Positions 39,260 to 49,022 are shown, counted from the first letter of the stretch. The stretch is DNA of 64,000 bases from an uncultured delta proteobacterium (GCA_963822965.1 CAWGJT010000006.1:448001-512000); one strand, 5' to 3'. The notes: generated from the letters alone by a model not told the origin. Numbers and translations: made by a program.

Positions 39260-41050
39260 GTGCAGGACGCGCTCATCCTCGCGGTGCTGGCCGTGCTGGC
39301 GGCGGGCATGGCCGCCTGGACGTGGCGTGCCTGGCCCGATCCGTTGATCGACTTCGGCCGGGAGGCCTACGTGGCCTGGCGGCTGTCGGAAGGCGACGTG
39401 CTGCATCGGGACGTCGTCTACGTGAGCGGCCCGCTCTCGCCGTACTGGAACGCGCTGGCGTTCCGGATCTTCGGGGCGGGGCTCGACACGCTCTTCGCCG
39501 TCAACGCCGCGATCCTCGCCGCGCTGGTGGGGGTCTGGGTCGCGCTCCTGCGGCGTGTCGCAGACCGCACCGCCGCCTTCGCGGGGGGCGCCGTCTTCGT
39601 GCTGCTCTTCGCCTTCGCCCAGTACGTGGGCATCGGCAACTACAACTACCTGGCTCCCTACTCGCACGAGCTGCCCCACGGTCTGCTGCTGGCCTCGATC
39701 GGCTTCCTCTGCGCGGCGCGGGGCCGGTGGGGCCTGGCGGGCTTCCTGCTGGGGCTCGTCGCGCTCACCAAGATCGAGGTCTTCGCGGCGGCGGCCGCCG
39801 CCAACGCCGTGGGTCTCGCGGGGCGGGCCTGGCAGGACCCGTCGCGCGCGGCGCGGCGCACGGGCCTGTTCGCGGCGGGCTTCGCGGTGCCCATCGCCAT
39901 CGCCGTGGCGGCCCTGGCCGTGCCGCTCTCCGCCGGTGAAGCGGCGCGGGCGGTGGCGATCTCCTGGCTTCGCCTGCTGGGCGACGACCTGGCCGCCCTG
40001 CCCTTCTACCGGCGCGGCCTCGGCAGCGACGACCTGGCGGGCAACCTCGCCCGCGCCGCCACGTGGGCGCTGCGCATCGGTGCGCTCTTCCTCCTGCCGG
40101 CAGTGGCGGCGTTCGCGCCCAGGGAAGGGCGTCTCGGACGGCTCGGCCGCACGGGCCTCGCCGTCGTCGCAGCCGCCGTGATGGCCGGGGGAACCGGTCT
40201 CTTCGTGGGCCGGATCGGCTGGCTGCAGGCGGCGCGCCCGCTTCCCTTCTTCGGCCTGGGGGCCATGGCGGTCTGCCTCTTCCGGCTGTTCCGCAGGCGA
40301 TCTGCCGGCCCCGGATCGGACCCCCGGGAGCAGGACCGCGTGCTGCTACAGGCGATGCTCGTCACGTTCGCGACCGTGCTGCTCGCGAAGATCTTCTTCC
40401 TGGCGCGCATCTACCACTACGGCTTCGCGCTGGCGCTGCCCGCCACGCTGCTCTTCGTGGCGGCGCTGGTGTCGTGGATTCCCGCCGCGATCGACCGGCG
40501 CGGAGGCTGCGGCGCGGTGTTCCGGGGCGCGGCCCTGGGGGTGCTGGCGGTGGCAGTCGTCGGCCACGGGCTCGCGATGGCACCCTACTTCGCGGTCAAG
40601 ACCGGATGGCTCGGCGGCCCCCACGACCGCTTCCGCCTGCAGCCGGGCCTGGCGCGCGTGCTGGGCGTGGTGCTCGCCGACGTCGAGTCGCACACGCGGC
40701 CGGACGAGAGCCTGCTCGTGCTGCCCGAGGGCGTGATGCTCAACTTCCTCGCCCGCCGGCCCACGCCGACGCCGCACTTCAGCTTCAACCCCTTCGAGCT
40801 GCACGTCTACGGCGAGGCCGAGATGCTGCATGCCCTGCAGGCCAGCCCGCCCGCCGCCGTGGTGCTCGTCCACCAGGACACGAGCGAGCACGGCGCCCGC
40901 TTCCTGGGACGCGACTACGGGCGCGATCTCCTCGCGTGGGTCCGAGGCGCGTATCACACCCGCCGTCAGCTGGGCGAGCCGCCCCTCGAGCCCGACACGC
41001 GCTTCGGGGTGGCGATCCTGGCGCCCGGGCGGAAACCGGGAGATCCCTGA
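39260..41050 (+). CDS. Multi-pass membrane glycosyltransferase-like protein (GT-C/ArnT-like)
   Basis: DFGREAYVAWRL..G.VL.RD..Y..GPLSPY loop, many TM segments, C-terminal soluble domain. Confidence 0.7.
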   Translation: MQDALILAVLAVLAAGMAAWTWRAWPDPLIDFGREAYVAWRLSEGDVLHRDVVYVSGPLSPYWNALAFRIFGAGLDTLFAVNAAILAALVGVWVALLRRVADRTAAFAGGAVFVLLFAFAQYVGIGNYNYLAPYSHELPHGLLLASIGFLCAARGRWGLAGFLLGLVALTKIEVFAAAAAANAVGLAGRAWQDPSRAARRTGLFAAGFAVPIAIAVAALAVPLSAGEAARAVAISWLRLLGDDLAALPFYRRGLGSDDLAGNLARAATWALRIGALFLLPAVAAFAPREGRLGRLGRTGLAVVAAAVMAGGTGLFVGRIGWLQAARPLPFFGLGAMAVCLFRLFRRRSAGPGSDPREQDRVLLQAMLVTFATVLLAKIFFLARIYHYGFALALPATLLFVAALVSWIPAAIDRRGGCGAVFRGAALGVLAVAVVGHGLAMAPYFAVKTGWLGGPHDRFRLQPGLARVLGVVLADVESHTRPDESLLVLPEGVMLNFLARRPTPTPHFSFNPFELHVYGEAEMLHALQASPPAAVVLVHQDTSEHGARFLGRDYGRDLLAWVRGAYHTRRQLGEPPLEPDTRFGVAILAPGRKPGDP

Positions 41051-41127
41051 AGGCGAGCGGGGCACGCGACGAGGTCCGGACCCGCCAGGCGATGCGCGCC
41101 GACTCCGCCCGTGCCACGCTCGACCTC

Positions 41128-42084
41128 GTGCCGGAGCTACCGGACATCCGCGTCTATCTCGACTGCCTCGAGCCGCGCATCCTGGGCCAGCCCCTCGAGC
41201 GCGTCCGCCTGCAGAGCGTGTCGCTGCTGCGGACCGCCGTGCCCCCCATCGCCCTCGCCGAGGGCCGGCGGGTCACGTCCCTGCGGCGGGTGGGCAAGCG
41301 CATCGCCATCGGTCTGGCAGGCGACGCTCCCGGCGAAGAGCTCTTCCTCCTCTTGCACCTGATGATCGCCGGCCGCCTGCGCTGGCGTCCGCCCGGCGCG
41401 AAGCCGCCCGGGAAGCGTTGCCACGCCGTCTTCGACTTTCCGACGGGATGCCTGCTGCTCACCGAGGCCAGCACCCGGAAGCGCGCGATGCTCCACTTCC
41501 TGCGCGGCCAAGCCGCCCTGGCCGAGCACGACCCGGGCGGGCTCGAGATCGCCGACGCCACCCTCGCGAGCTTCCGGGAAGCCCTCACCCGGGAGAACCA
41601 CACCCTGAAGCGCGCCCTCACCGATCCGCACCTGCTCTCGGGCATCGGCAACGCCTATTCGGACGAGATCCTGCACCGCGCAAGGCTCTCGCCCGTGAAG
41701 CTCACCAGCCGCCTCGACGACGCCGAGCTCGAGCGCCTCTTCCAGGCCACCCACGAGGTGCTCGACGAGTGGACCCTCCGCCTGCGCGCGGCCGTGGGCG
41801 ACGGGTTCCCCGACAAGGTGACGGCCTTCCACCCGGAGATGGCGGTGCACGGGCGCCACCGACAGCCCTGCCCGGTGTGCGGCTCTCCGGTACAGCGCAT
41901 CGTCCGCCAGGACCACGAGACGAACTACTGCGCGACCTGTCAGACGGGGGGCAAGCTGCTGGCGGACCGCGCCCTGTCGCAGCTCCTCAAGAAGGACTGG
42001 CCGCGCACCCTCGACGAGCTCGAGATGCGCCGCACCACCGGCGCCAGCCCCCGGCCCGGGAGCCGCCGCCGCCCGGGCACCTAG
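41128..42084 (+). CDS. Fpg/Nei family DNA glycosylase
   Basis: N-terminal PELPD, HLMIAG, H2TH motif SGIGNAYSDEIL, zinc finger CPVC...CATCQ. Confidence 0.92.
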   Translation: MPELPDIRVYLDCLEPRILGQPLERVRLQSVSLLRTAVPPIALAEGRRVTSLRRVGKRIAIGLAGDAPGEELFLLLHLMIAGRLRWRPPGAKPPGKRCHAVFDFPTGCLLLTEASTRKRAMLHFLRGQAALAEHDPGGLEIADATLASFREALTRENHTLKRALTDPHLLSGIGNAYSDEILHRARLSPVKLTSRLDDAELERLFQATHEVLDEWTLRLRAAVGDGFPDKVTAFHPEMAVHGRHRQPCPVCGSPVQRIVRQDHETNYCATCQTGGKLLADRALSQLLKKDWPRTLDELEMRRTTGASPRPGSRRRPGT

Positions 42085-43614
42085 CCCCGATCCGTCATAG
42101 AGAATCGCTTCCCAGACGTTGAAATGGCCCTGGATGTGTGGTTTGAAGGAGTTTCCACGCTTCGACAACCCACACAGACAAGGCCACTTCAGTGAGATCA
42201 AGGAAAGAGGTTTTGAGGACCCGCGTCAAGGGTCCGATGACGATCGAGTTCAGCGAGGAAGCGCTCTCTGCCCACGCTGGGCTCGAGCTCTTCGGCGGCT
42301 TCCTTCGCGCGGAGGGCTGGCTGGATCGGATCCGCGAGGTGTTCGCGGATCGGTGCTTCGACAGCGACTACGGCTCGTTCAGGATGACGCTGGTGGCGGT
42401 CGGCCTGCTGTTGCTCGGCGGTGAGCGGCTCGCCCACCTGGAACAGCTTCGGCTCGATCCGGTCTTCCACCGCTTCGCGTCGCTGTCGCGGCTGCCCTCG
42501 GAGCGGACCTTCTCCCGCTGGCTCAAGGACATCAGCGAGGGCTATCGAGACCGGCTGAGGGTCCTGCTTCGGGACGTGGCGTTCTCGACCTGGGCGCGAG
42601 GAGCGCTTCATCGGGTCACGATCGACGTGGACGGAACCGTCATCCGCACCGGCGAGTCAGTCGATGGGGCCGAGCGGGGGTTCAACCCCCACCACCCGAA
42701 AGATCCTTCGTACTACCCGCTTACAGCCCAGCTGGCGCAGACGGGTCAGCTGCTCGACGTGGTGAACCGATCGGGTCGAGTGAACGACTCGGTGGGATCG
42801 GTCGAGATGCTGGGTGAGCTGATCGAGGACGCGAGAAGCCGTGCTCCCGGCGCTCCGATCGAAGTGCGGCTCGACGGGGCCTTCTGCCAGAAGGCGGTTC
42901 TCGACGTTCTGGAGACGTCTGGCGTCGAGTACGCGATGAAGATGCCGATGTGGGAGTGGCTCGGGATCCTCGATCGGGTGCGCAGGCGCAAGACCTGGAC
43001 GCGCATCGACAAGCGGCGAAGCGCGTTCTCGACGGACCTCCGGATCGAGAAGTGGAAGCGCACGGTGCGGGTGATCGTGTACCGGAAGCAGATCTCGGGG
43101 AAGCCCGCGAAGGCGTTCCAGCTCAGCCTGTTCCAGCCCGACGACGGCTACTTCGAGTACTCGATGGTGGTGACGAACAAGGCCGAGTCGGAACGAGCCG
43201 TCTGGCACTTCATGGCCGGTCGTGGTGGCCACGAGAAGACGCTGGGCGAGCTGAAGCAGAACGTGGCGTTCGCGACGGTGCCGACCAACGACTGGGATGC
43301 GAACAGCACCTGGCAACTGCTCTCGGCGCTGACGCACAACCTCGCAAGGGACTTCCAGGTGAAGACCGGTCTCGCCGCATCTCGAAAGAACGGCCGCAAG
43401 CGCACCGCCCGGTTCGTGTTCCGGTCGCTGCGCACGCTGCGCTTCACGCTCCTGGCGATCCCCGGCCGAATCTGTCACCCCGGTGGCCGCCAGGAACTTC
43501 GGATCGTCGCTACGGGCCCGATCCGCAACAAGATCCGGCACATCGAGCAGCGGATCGCCGCCTGACCGCGCGCCGACTACCCTCGATCGGGCAGGAAACT
43601 ATGACGGATCGGGG
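42085..43614 (+). mobile_element. IS1380-family insertion sequence (1530 bp)
   Basis: Perfect 16-bp terminal IRs CCCCGATCCGTCATAG / CTATGACGGATCGGGG, flanked by CTAG on both sides (42081-42084 and 43615-43618). Confidence 0.92.
42192..43565 (+). CDS. IS1380-family DDE transposase
   Basis: LSAHAGL, TIDVDGT, SYYPL, VRLDGAF, RGGHEKTLGELK, NSTW...L.HNL. Confidence 0.9.
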   Translation: MRSRKEVLRTRVKGPMTIEFSEEALSAHAGLELFGGFLRAEGWLDRIREVFADRCFDSDYGSFRMTLVAVGLLLLGGERLAHLEQLRLDPVFHRFASLSRLPSERTFSRWLKDISEGYRDRLRVLLRDVAFSTWARGALHRVTIDVDGTVIRTGESVDGAERGFNPHHPKDPSYYPLTAQLAQTGQLLDVVNRSGRVNDSVGSVEMLGELIEDARSRAPGAPIEVRLDGAFCQKAVLDVLETSGVEYAMKMPMWEWLGILDRVRRRKTWTRIDKRRSAFSTDLRIEKWKRTVRVIVYRKQISGKPAKAFQLSLFQPDDGYFEYSMVVTNKAESERAVWHFMAGRGGHEKTLGELKQNVAFATVPTNDWDANSTWQLLSALTHNLARDFQVKTGLAASRKNGRKRTARFVFRSLRTLRFTLLAIPGRICHPGGRQELRIVATGPIRNKIRHIEQRIAA

Positions 43615-43618
43615 CTAG

Positions 43619-43781
43619 CAGCCTGACCCAAGACTCCCGTGGAAAGCCCTGGCGTCGAGGCGCGCCACTGGCAGGGCGCGTGAGGAGACCGTAGCGCGGC
43701 TACGGCGACGCAGCGCAACGCAGCCAGGCGGCGATGCATCGGCGTCAGGGCGGCGCGAGGTGTCTTGGAACTGACACCTCG
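43619..43781. repeat. Dispersed palindromic repeat, family B, copy 1
   Basis: Lies between two CTAG sites. Shares CCTGACCCAAGACTCCC and the core CTGGCA.GGCGCG..CGTAGC....GCTACGGCGACG..AGCG.AACGCAGCCAGG with 51258-51441. Confidence 0.75.
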
Positions 43782-45083
43782 CTAGCACAGCAGCGGCAGG
43801 GTCGTGGGCCCGCGCAGCACGGTGTTGGTGCCCCAGACGAGGCCCCCCTCGTCCCCGTCGAAGCGCAGGTCGGGGAAGCGCGTGACGAGCGCCTCGAGGG
43901 CAAGAGCCCCCTCGAGCCGCGCGAGCTTCGACCCCAGGCAGTGGTGCAGTCCGTGACCGAAGGAGAGGTGCTTCACGTTCTCCCGGGTGACGTCCAGCCG
44001 GTCGGGGTCCTCGAACTGCTCGGGATCGCGGTTGCCGGCGCCCAGCAGCAGCACCAGCTGCTGCCCCACCTGCAGCCGATTCGCGTGCATCGTGGACTCG
44101 CGCGTCACGAAGCGCGAGGTGAGCTGCACCGGCGAGTCGTAGCGCAGCAGCTCGTCGATGGCGCCCGGGATGCGCTTGGGCTCCGCGCGCAGCAGCGCGA
44201 GCTGCCCGGGATTGCGGAGCAGGGCCACGACACTGTTGGCGATGAGCTTGGTGGTCGTCTCGTTGCCGGCCACCAGCAGCAGCACGCAGGTGGTGAAGAG
44301 CTCGTCGCGCGAGAGACGGTCTCCCGCCTCCTCGGCCGCCACGAGCGCGCTCAGGAGATCGTCTCGCGGCGCCGCCCGGCGCTCGTCGGCCACCGCGGCG
44401 ATGTACTCCCCCAGCTCCTCCATGGCGCGGCGCGCCCGCCGGGCCTCCTCCCAGGTGTTCTCGCCCAGGGTCTTCACCGCCTCGTCGGACCAGCGGCGGA
44501 AGCGATCCTGGTCCGCGGCCGGCACGCCCAGCATCTCGGCGATCACCGTGATGGGAAGCGGCGCCGCGAAGTCGGCGATCAGCTCGAAGCGGCCGCCGCC
44601 GCGAGCCGGGACGGGCAGACCGTCGAGCACCTGCGCCACCACCTCCTCGATGCGACCGCGCATGACCTCCACGGCCCGGGGCGTGAAGGCCTTGCTGACC
44701 AGGGAACGCAGCCTCGTGTGGTCGGGCGGATCCATCCGCAGCATGGACGCTTCGCCGGTCTCGTACGGGTCGGGCAGCCCCTCCCGGCCCGCGCGCCTGC
44801 GCACCTGCGACCAGCGCGACCAGTTCCGCTCGTCGGCCGAGAAGGCCTTGTCGCCGAGCACGGTCAGGATGTCGTCGTAGCGCGACAGCACCCAGCCGTC
44901 GGCGGGGCGGCTGCGGTGAAAGGAGTCGATGGCCTGCAGCGAGCGATAGAGGGGATACGGATCGGCACGATACTCCCTGCGGACGGGATTGAAGACGACC
45001 CCGGTCTCGACGCGTTCGAAGGCCAGCAGGCAGGCCCCCCGTGCGGCGAAGACGGCGCGGTCGATGGTGCTGCGCAGACCCAT
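43782..45083 (-). CDS. Cytochrome P450
   Basis: DPPDHTRLR, AGNETT, ELLRY, heme motif FGHGLHHCLG. Confidence 0.95.
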   Translation of the reverse strand: MGLRSTIDRAVFAARGACLLAFERVETGVVFNPVRREYRADPYPLYRSLQAIDSFHRSRPADGWVLSRYDDILTVLGDKAFSADERNWSRWSQVRRRAGREGLPDPYETGEASMLRMDPPDHTRLRSLVSKAFTPRAVEVMRGRIEEVVAQVLDGLPVPARGGGRFELIADFAAPLPITVIAEMLGVPAADQDRFRRWSDEAVKTLGENTWEEARRARRAMEELGEYIAAVADERRAAPRDDLLSALVAAEEAGDRLSRDELFTTCVLLLVAGNETTTKLIANSVVALLRNPGQLALLRAEPKRIPGAIDELLRYDSPVQLTSRFVTRESTMHANRLQVGQQLVLLLGAGNRDPEQFEDPDRLDVTRENVKHLSFGHGLHHCLGSKLARLEGALALEALVTRFPDLRFDGDEGGLVWGTNTVLRGPTTLPLLC

Positions 45084-45332
45084 GCTCCCCTCCCAGACGT
45101 CAGCCTCTCTGTCCCTCACCCCAGGGACGTAGCAACCGGCATGCCATCTTCCGCGGCCCCGGACGAGGCCCTGGGCGGGCCCCGGTGCCCCAAATCGGCC
45201 AGCGGGTGCAGCATGGAGACCCGCGTGCAGCGAGGCGGCTGCAGCGGGGTCGCCGCCGGCACCCGGGTTGCCTGGCGCCGCCTCCCCTTCCATAGTCTCT
45301 CCGTGGCCGCGATCCGGCCGGGGAGGTTCTTC

Positions 45333-46301
45333 ATGAAGCGATTCATCCAGCACCAGGAGCTGGCGCGCGACCGCCGGTTCATCCGCCAGGAGAACCTCGC
45401 CGCCGACCTGCTGGCCAAGGTTCCCGACGACGTCGACGCCGTCGTCGAGCTGTTCGAGAAGATCGCCCCGATCATCGAGACGGGCGTTCGCGGCACCGCC
45501 GCCGAGCCCCTCTACGACCAGTTCGGTCCGGCCTTCACCTTGATGACCTTGAACGAGCCCATCCGGCCGAACGAGCCCGGCACCGAGGACCGGCTCAAGA
45601 TGCGCATGCACGGCATCTTCGTGGGCGAGCTCCAGGCCCTGGAGGGAGCCGGCCGCTCGCTCTGGGACTTCCCCGACGCGCCCTGGGAGTTCAAGATGAA
45701 CATGGCGCGCCAGTGCTGGGACGAGGCGCGCCACGTGCAGATCTTCGAGAAGCTGCTCGACCACGTGGGCGGCGAGGTGGGCATGTACGCCGAGAGCACC
45801 TTCCTCTTCGAGGCGGCCTGCGCGGACGACCCCGCTCTGCGCGTAGCCGGCGTAAACCGGGCCCTCGAGGGCCTCGCCTGCGACGTGTTCCGGGACAACA
45901 TCGAGTTCGCCAAGCAGTCCGGCGACGAGCTGATGGAGCAGTCCATGGACTACGTCCTCGCCGACGAGCTCACCCACGTGCGCTTCGGCAGCGAGTGGGT
46001 GGCCGAGTTCTGCAAGGACGACCCCGAGCGCCTGAAGGCCGCGCGGGAGTTCCGCCGGGACGCCGACCGGCGCTTCAACTTCGGCGGCGCGCGCTCCGCC
46101 GAGGCGGGTGCCGCCATCCCCATCGCCTGGGAGGATCGCAAGTACGCGGGCTTCACCGACGAGGAGCTGCAGGACCTCGCCACCCTCTCCGGCGAAGGTC
46201 CCAAGCGCAAGACCATCCAGCGGGCCGTCGAAATCCTCGTCGAGCGCTTCCAGAGCCGGCAGCGCGAGCAGCAGGGCGACGGTGCCCGGGAGACCGCCTG
46301 A
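45333..46301 (+). CDS. Ferritin-like diiron protein (DUF455-like)
   Basis: GELQALE, WDEARH, LEGLACD and ADELTH give the E..ExxH..E..ExxH ligand set; C-terminal R..AGF..EEL. Confidence 0.8.
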   Translation: MKRFIQHQELARDRRFIRQENLAADLLAKVPDDVDAVVELFEKIAPIIETGVRGTAAEPLYDQFGPAFTLMTLNEPIRPNEPGTEDRLKMRMHGIFVGELQALEGAGRSLWDFPDAPWEFKMNMARQCWDEARHVQIFEKLLDHVGGEVGMYAESTFLFEAACADDPALRVAGVNRALEGLACDVFRDNIEFAKQSGDELMEQSMDYVLADELTHVRFGSEWVAEFCKDDPERLKAAREFRRDADRRFNFGGARSAEAGAAIPIAWEDRKYAGFTDEELQDLATLSGEGPKRKTIQRAVEILVERFQSRQREQQGDGARETA

Positions 46302-46302
46302 C

Positions 46303-46974
46303 ATGAGCGAACGGATGTACCCCGGCAGCGGCCGGGACGAGCGCACCACCTTCGCCCCCTACTCGGCCTTCGACATCCCGCAGGACCTGCGCGAGCTGTA
46401 CGGCCGCTACGACGTGGAGACCACCGCCCGTCGCGTGCGCAACTTCCGCTACGCCGAGGAGTGGATGATGATGATGCTCGGCGGCTGGCTCGCGACGGTG
46501 CCCGAGGTGCCCGTGAAGACGGGCTTCGGCAAGATCATCTGGGAAGGCGCCCGGGCCGCGGACGAGCTCGGCAAGCGCCTGCCCGAGCTGCGCTGCGGCA
46601 AGCGCGCCGCCGAGAGCTCGGAGGCCGGCAACCAGGCCTTCGCGGACTTCATCCAGGAGGTGGCGGGCCCCGAGAGCCCGGACCTCACCATCGAGAAGCT
46701 GACGGGCGTGTTCGACGTGCTGAAGCCGCACCTGGTGGACGTGTACGAGCGACACATGCGCGAGACGGATCAGATTGCGGACGCTCCCACCATCGAGATC
46801 CTGGAGGACATCGTCCGCAAGACGCGCCGGCACATCGCCTGGGGCGAAGAGGTGCTCGACCGTCTCTGCGACACGGATGCGAAGCGGCAGCGCCGATTCA
46901 CCCGCCAGCGCGAGCTGCGGGAGCAGCTCCAGAAGAGCGGCGGCGTGACCGGAGACCTCGCCCGGGACCACTGA
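46303..46974 (+). CDS. Ferritin-like paralog lacking metal ligands (hypothetical)
   Basis: Helical pattern YAEEW..GGW..VPE..VK..GK.IWEGARAADEL..RLPELR; starts 1 nt after the upstream stop. Confidence 0.65.
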   Translation: MSERMYPGSGRDERTTFAPYSAFDIPQDLRELYGRYDVETTARRVRNFRYAEEWMMMMLGGWLATVPEVPVKTGFGKIIWEGARAADELGKRLPELRCGKRAAESSEAGNQAFADFIQEVAGPESPDLTIEKLTGVFDVLKPHLVDVYERHMRETDQIADAPTIEILEDIVRKTRRHIAWGEEVLDRLCDTDAKRQRRFTRQRELREQLQKSGGVTGDLARDH

Positions 46975-46999
46975 ACGGCGAGGCGCGGAAGGTGCTGGA

Positions 47000-47881
47000 T
47001 CAGCGCAGCCCGTCGTGGCCGTGCACGAAGAGCGGCTGCACGTCCAGCCGCGCGTGGGCGGCGCGCATCTCGTCGTCGCCGGGTGCGCCGCGGAAGCTCC
47101 GAGCGGCGTCCAGGGTGCGGCGCAACAGGGTCGGATCCGAGGCGGTGTTCACGAAGATGCCCGGCCGGGCGAGCGCCCAGTGGACGGCGCGCTCGATGTC
47201 CCCGGGATCCTCGAAGGCGTGGTACCAGGTGGTGGTGGTGCGCTTCTCGCCCTCCTGCCAGCGGCGCCGCGCCACCGCCTTGATGGTCTGCACGGCCACC
47301 TGGCGCTCCGCACACAGCGCGAGCAGCTCCTCGAAGCCCTCTGCATAGTCGGGTTGGGCCATCATCGAGAAGTTGTAGGGCAGGAGCACCGAGGCGAAGT
47401 CGAAGCGCTGGAGGCTGCGGAGGTGCATGCGCGCCACCCGCGTCCCATGCCCGGTGACGCCGATCCAGCGCACCAGCCCCTCGTCGCGAGCCTCGACGCA
47501 CGCCCGCAGCGCCCCGTCGTCGGAGAACGCCTGCTGCCAGCCCTCCTCGTCCGTGAGATTGTGGAGCTGGATCAGATCGAGCTGGCTCACCTGCAGCCGC
47601 TCGAGGGAGTGCCGGATCTCGTCGCGCGCGCCCGCATAGCCGCGCTGCCCGGTCTTCGTCGCCAGGAAGAAGTCCCCGCGGTGCTCGCGCATCCACGGAC
47701 CGACCCGAAGCTCCGCGTCCCCGTAGCTCGCCGCCACGTCGATGTGATTGATCCCCGCTTCCAGCAGGTCTTCGAGCACCCGATCCGCCGCGGCCTGGTC
47801 CACCGCGAAGAGGGCCGCCGCACCGAAGACGATGCGGGTGCTGTGATGGCCGGTCCGGCCGAAGGGCATCGTGGGAATCAT
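47000..47881 (-). CDS. Aldo/keto reductase
   Basis: FGRTG, GINHIDVAASYG, LATK, SLERL..DLIQLH, IGVTGH. Confidence 0.9.
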   Translation of the reverse strand: MIPTMPFGRTGHHSTRIVFGAAALFAVDQAAADRVLEDLLEAGINHIDVAASYGDAELRVGPWMREHRGDFFLATKTGQRGYAGARDEIRHSLERLQVSQLDLIQLHNLTDEEGWQQAFSDDGALRACVEARDEGLVRWIGVTGHGTRVARMHLRSLQRFDFASVLLPYNFSMMAQPDYAEGFEELLALCAERQVAVQTIKAVARRRWQEGEKRTTTTWYHAFEDPGDIERAVHWALARPGIFVNTASDPTLLRRTLDAARSFRGAPGDDEMRAAHARLDVQPLFVHGHDGLR

Positions 47882-48082
47882 GGTCGCTCCTCGCACGAGG
47901 ATTTCGAACCGCGGAGCATAGGCTGCCTCACCGCCGGTGTCCGTGGTCTCCCGGACGCTGGTAGCATGGGGGATTCGATCTCCACTCCCGCGGCCCCGGA
48001 GACACCGACGGCCGCCGCCGAGATGCCGATCTCCGGGACGGCCCGGGACGGAGCCCCCGGCGCCCGAAGGAGAGACCCCGCC

Positions 48083-48514
48083 ATGACGCCCCAGTCCGCC
48101 ATCTTCGGCCCCCTGCTCGCGACGATCTTCCTGACCTTCCTCGTCTGGGTGTACATGTTCGTCGTCCGGATCCGCTTCATCAACGGCAACCCGGTCCAGT
48201 CCGAGGACCTGGCCGTACCCGGCAGGCTGGCCGAGATCTCGCCGCCCTCGGTCTCGAATCCCTCGGACAACCTGAAGAACCTCTTCGAGATTCCGGTGCT
48301 CTTCTACGCGCTGGCGCTCTACCTCTTCGTCACACGGCAGGTGGACGCGACCTACGTGATCGCCGGCTGGATCTTCGTCGCCTTCCGCGCGCTCCACAGC
48401 GCGATGCACTGCACGCTCAACATCGTGATGGTGCGCTTCTATCTCTACGCGATCTCGACCCTCGCGCTCTGGGTCATCGCGGGCCGGGCGATGCTCCACT
48501 ACCTCGCGGGATAG
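48083..48514 (+). CDS. MAPEG family membrane protein
   Basis: N..NLFEIPVLFY and W.FV..R..HS motifs; AAGGAG upstream. Confidence 0.85.
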   Translation: MTPQSAIFGPLLATIFLTFLVWVYMFVVRIRFINGNPVQSEDLAVPGRLAEISPPSVSNPSDNLKNLFEIPVLFYALALYLFVTRQVDATYVIAGWIFVAFRALHSAMHCTLNIVMVRFYLYAISTLALWVIAGRAMLHYLAG

Positions 48515-48518
48515 CCGG

Positions 48519-49022
48519 GTGCAGCGCTACTGCGACGTCCCCCTTCCGCGCCGGCGTTACGTACCCGGCCGGGAGCCACACCCGAGGCACCGGACCGACC
48601 CGCACCTGCCCGAGCTTCCGCGGGACGCGGCGCCGCTGAACGCCCGATCGTGGCCGGGATCCACCGCGTACCGGTACGCGATCGACCTCTTCAACCACGA
48701 GTACTTCTGGGAGGCCCACGAGGTGCTCGAGGGCTTGTGGGCGGACGTCGACCGCACGTCGCCAACGGGACGTTTCCTCGCGAGCCTGATCCAGCTGTCG
48801 GCCGGCCTCCTCAAGGAGTCGCCCTCCCTGCATGCGGGCGCTCAGCGTCTGCTGGCCCGAGCGCTGCCGGGACTCCGATCGAGCTCGCGGGTCTTCCTCG
48901 GCGTGGACGTGGAAGCGCTTGCACGGGATGTGCAGGAAGTGGCGTCGGGCCGACGCACCCATCCACCTCGCATCCGTCTCCTGCTCGAGGCGGCGCCCGG
49001 CCCCGAATCGCCCGGCGGTTGA
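48519..49022 (+). CDS. DUF309 family protein
   Basis: LFNHEYFWEAHEVLEGLW and LIQL motifs. Confidence 0.85.
   Translation: MQRYCDVPLPRRRYVPGREPHPRHRTDPHLPELPRDAAPLNARSWPGSTAYRYAIDLFNHEYFWEAHEVLEGLWADVDRTSPTGRFLASLIQLSAGLLKESPSLHAGAQRLLARALPGLRSSSRVFLGVDVEALARDVQEVASGRRTHPPRIRLLLEAAPGPESPGG

Noticed and set aside
36002..41050. 1682-aa ORF and other very long ORFs (52016-56026, 30082-33639, 35688-39071, 23284-26505)
   Set aside because: Shadow or antisense frames typical of high-GC DNA. At most their 3' parts are real genes, and the rest overlaps well-supported CDSs.
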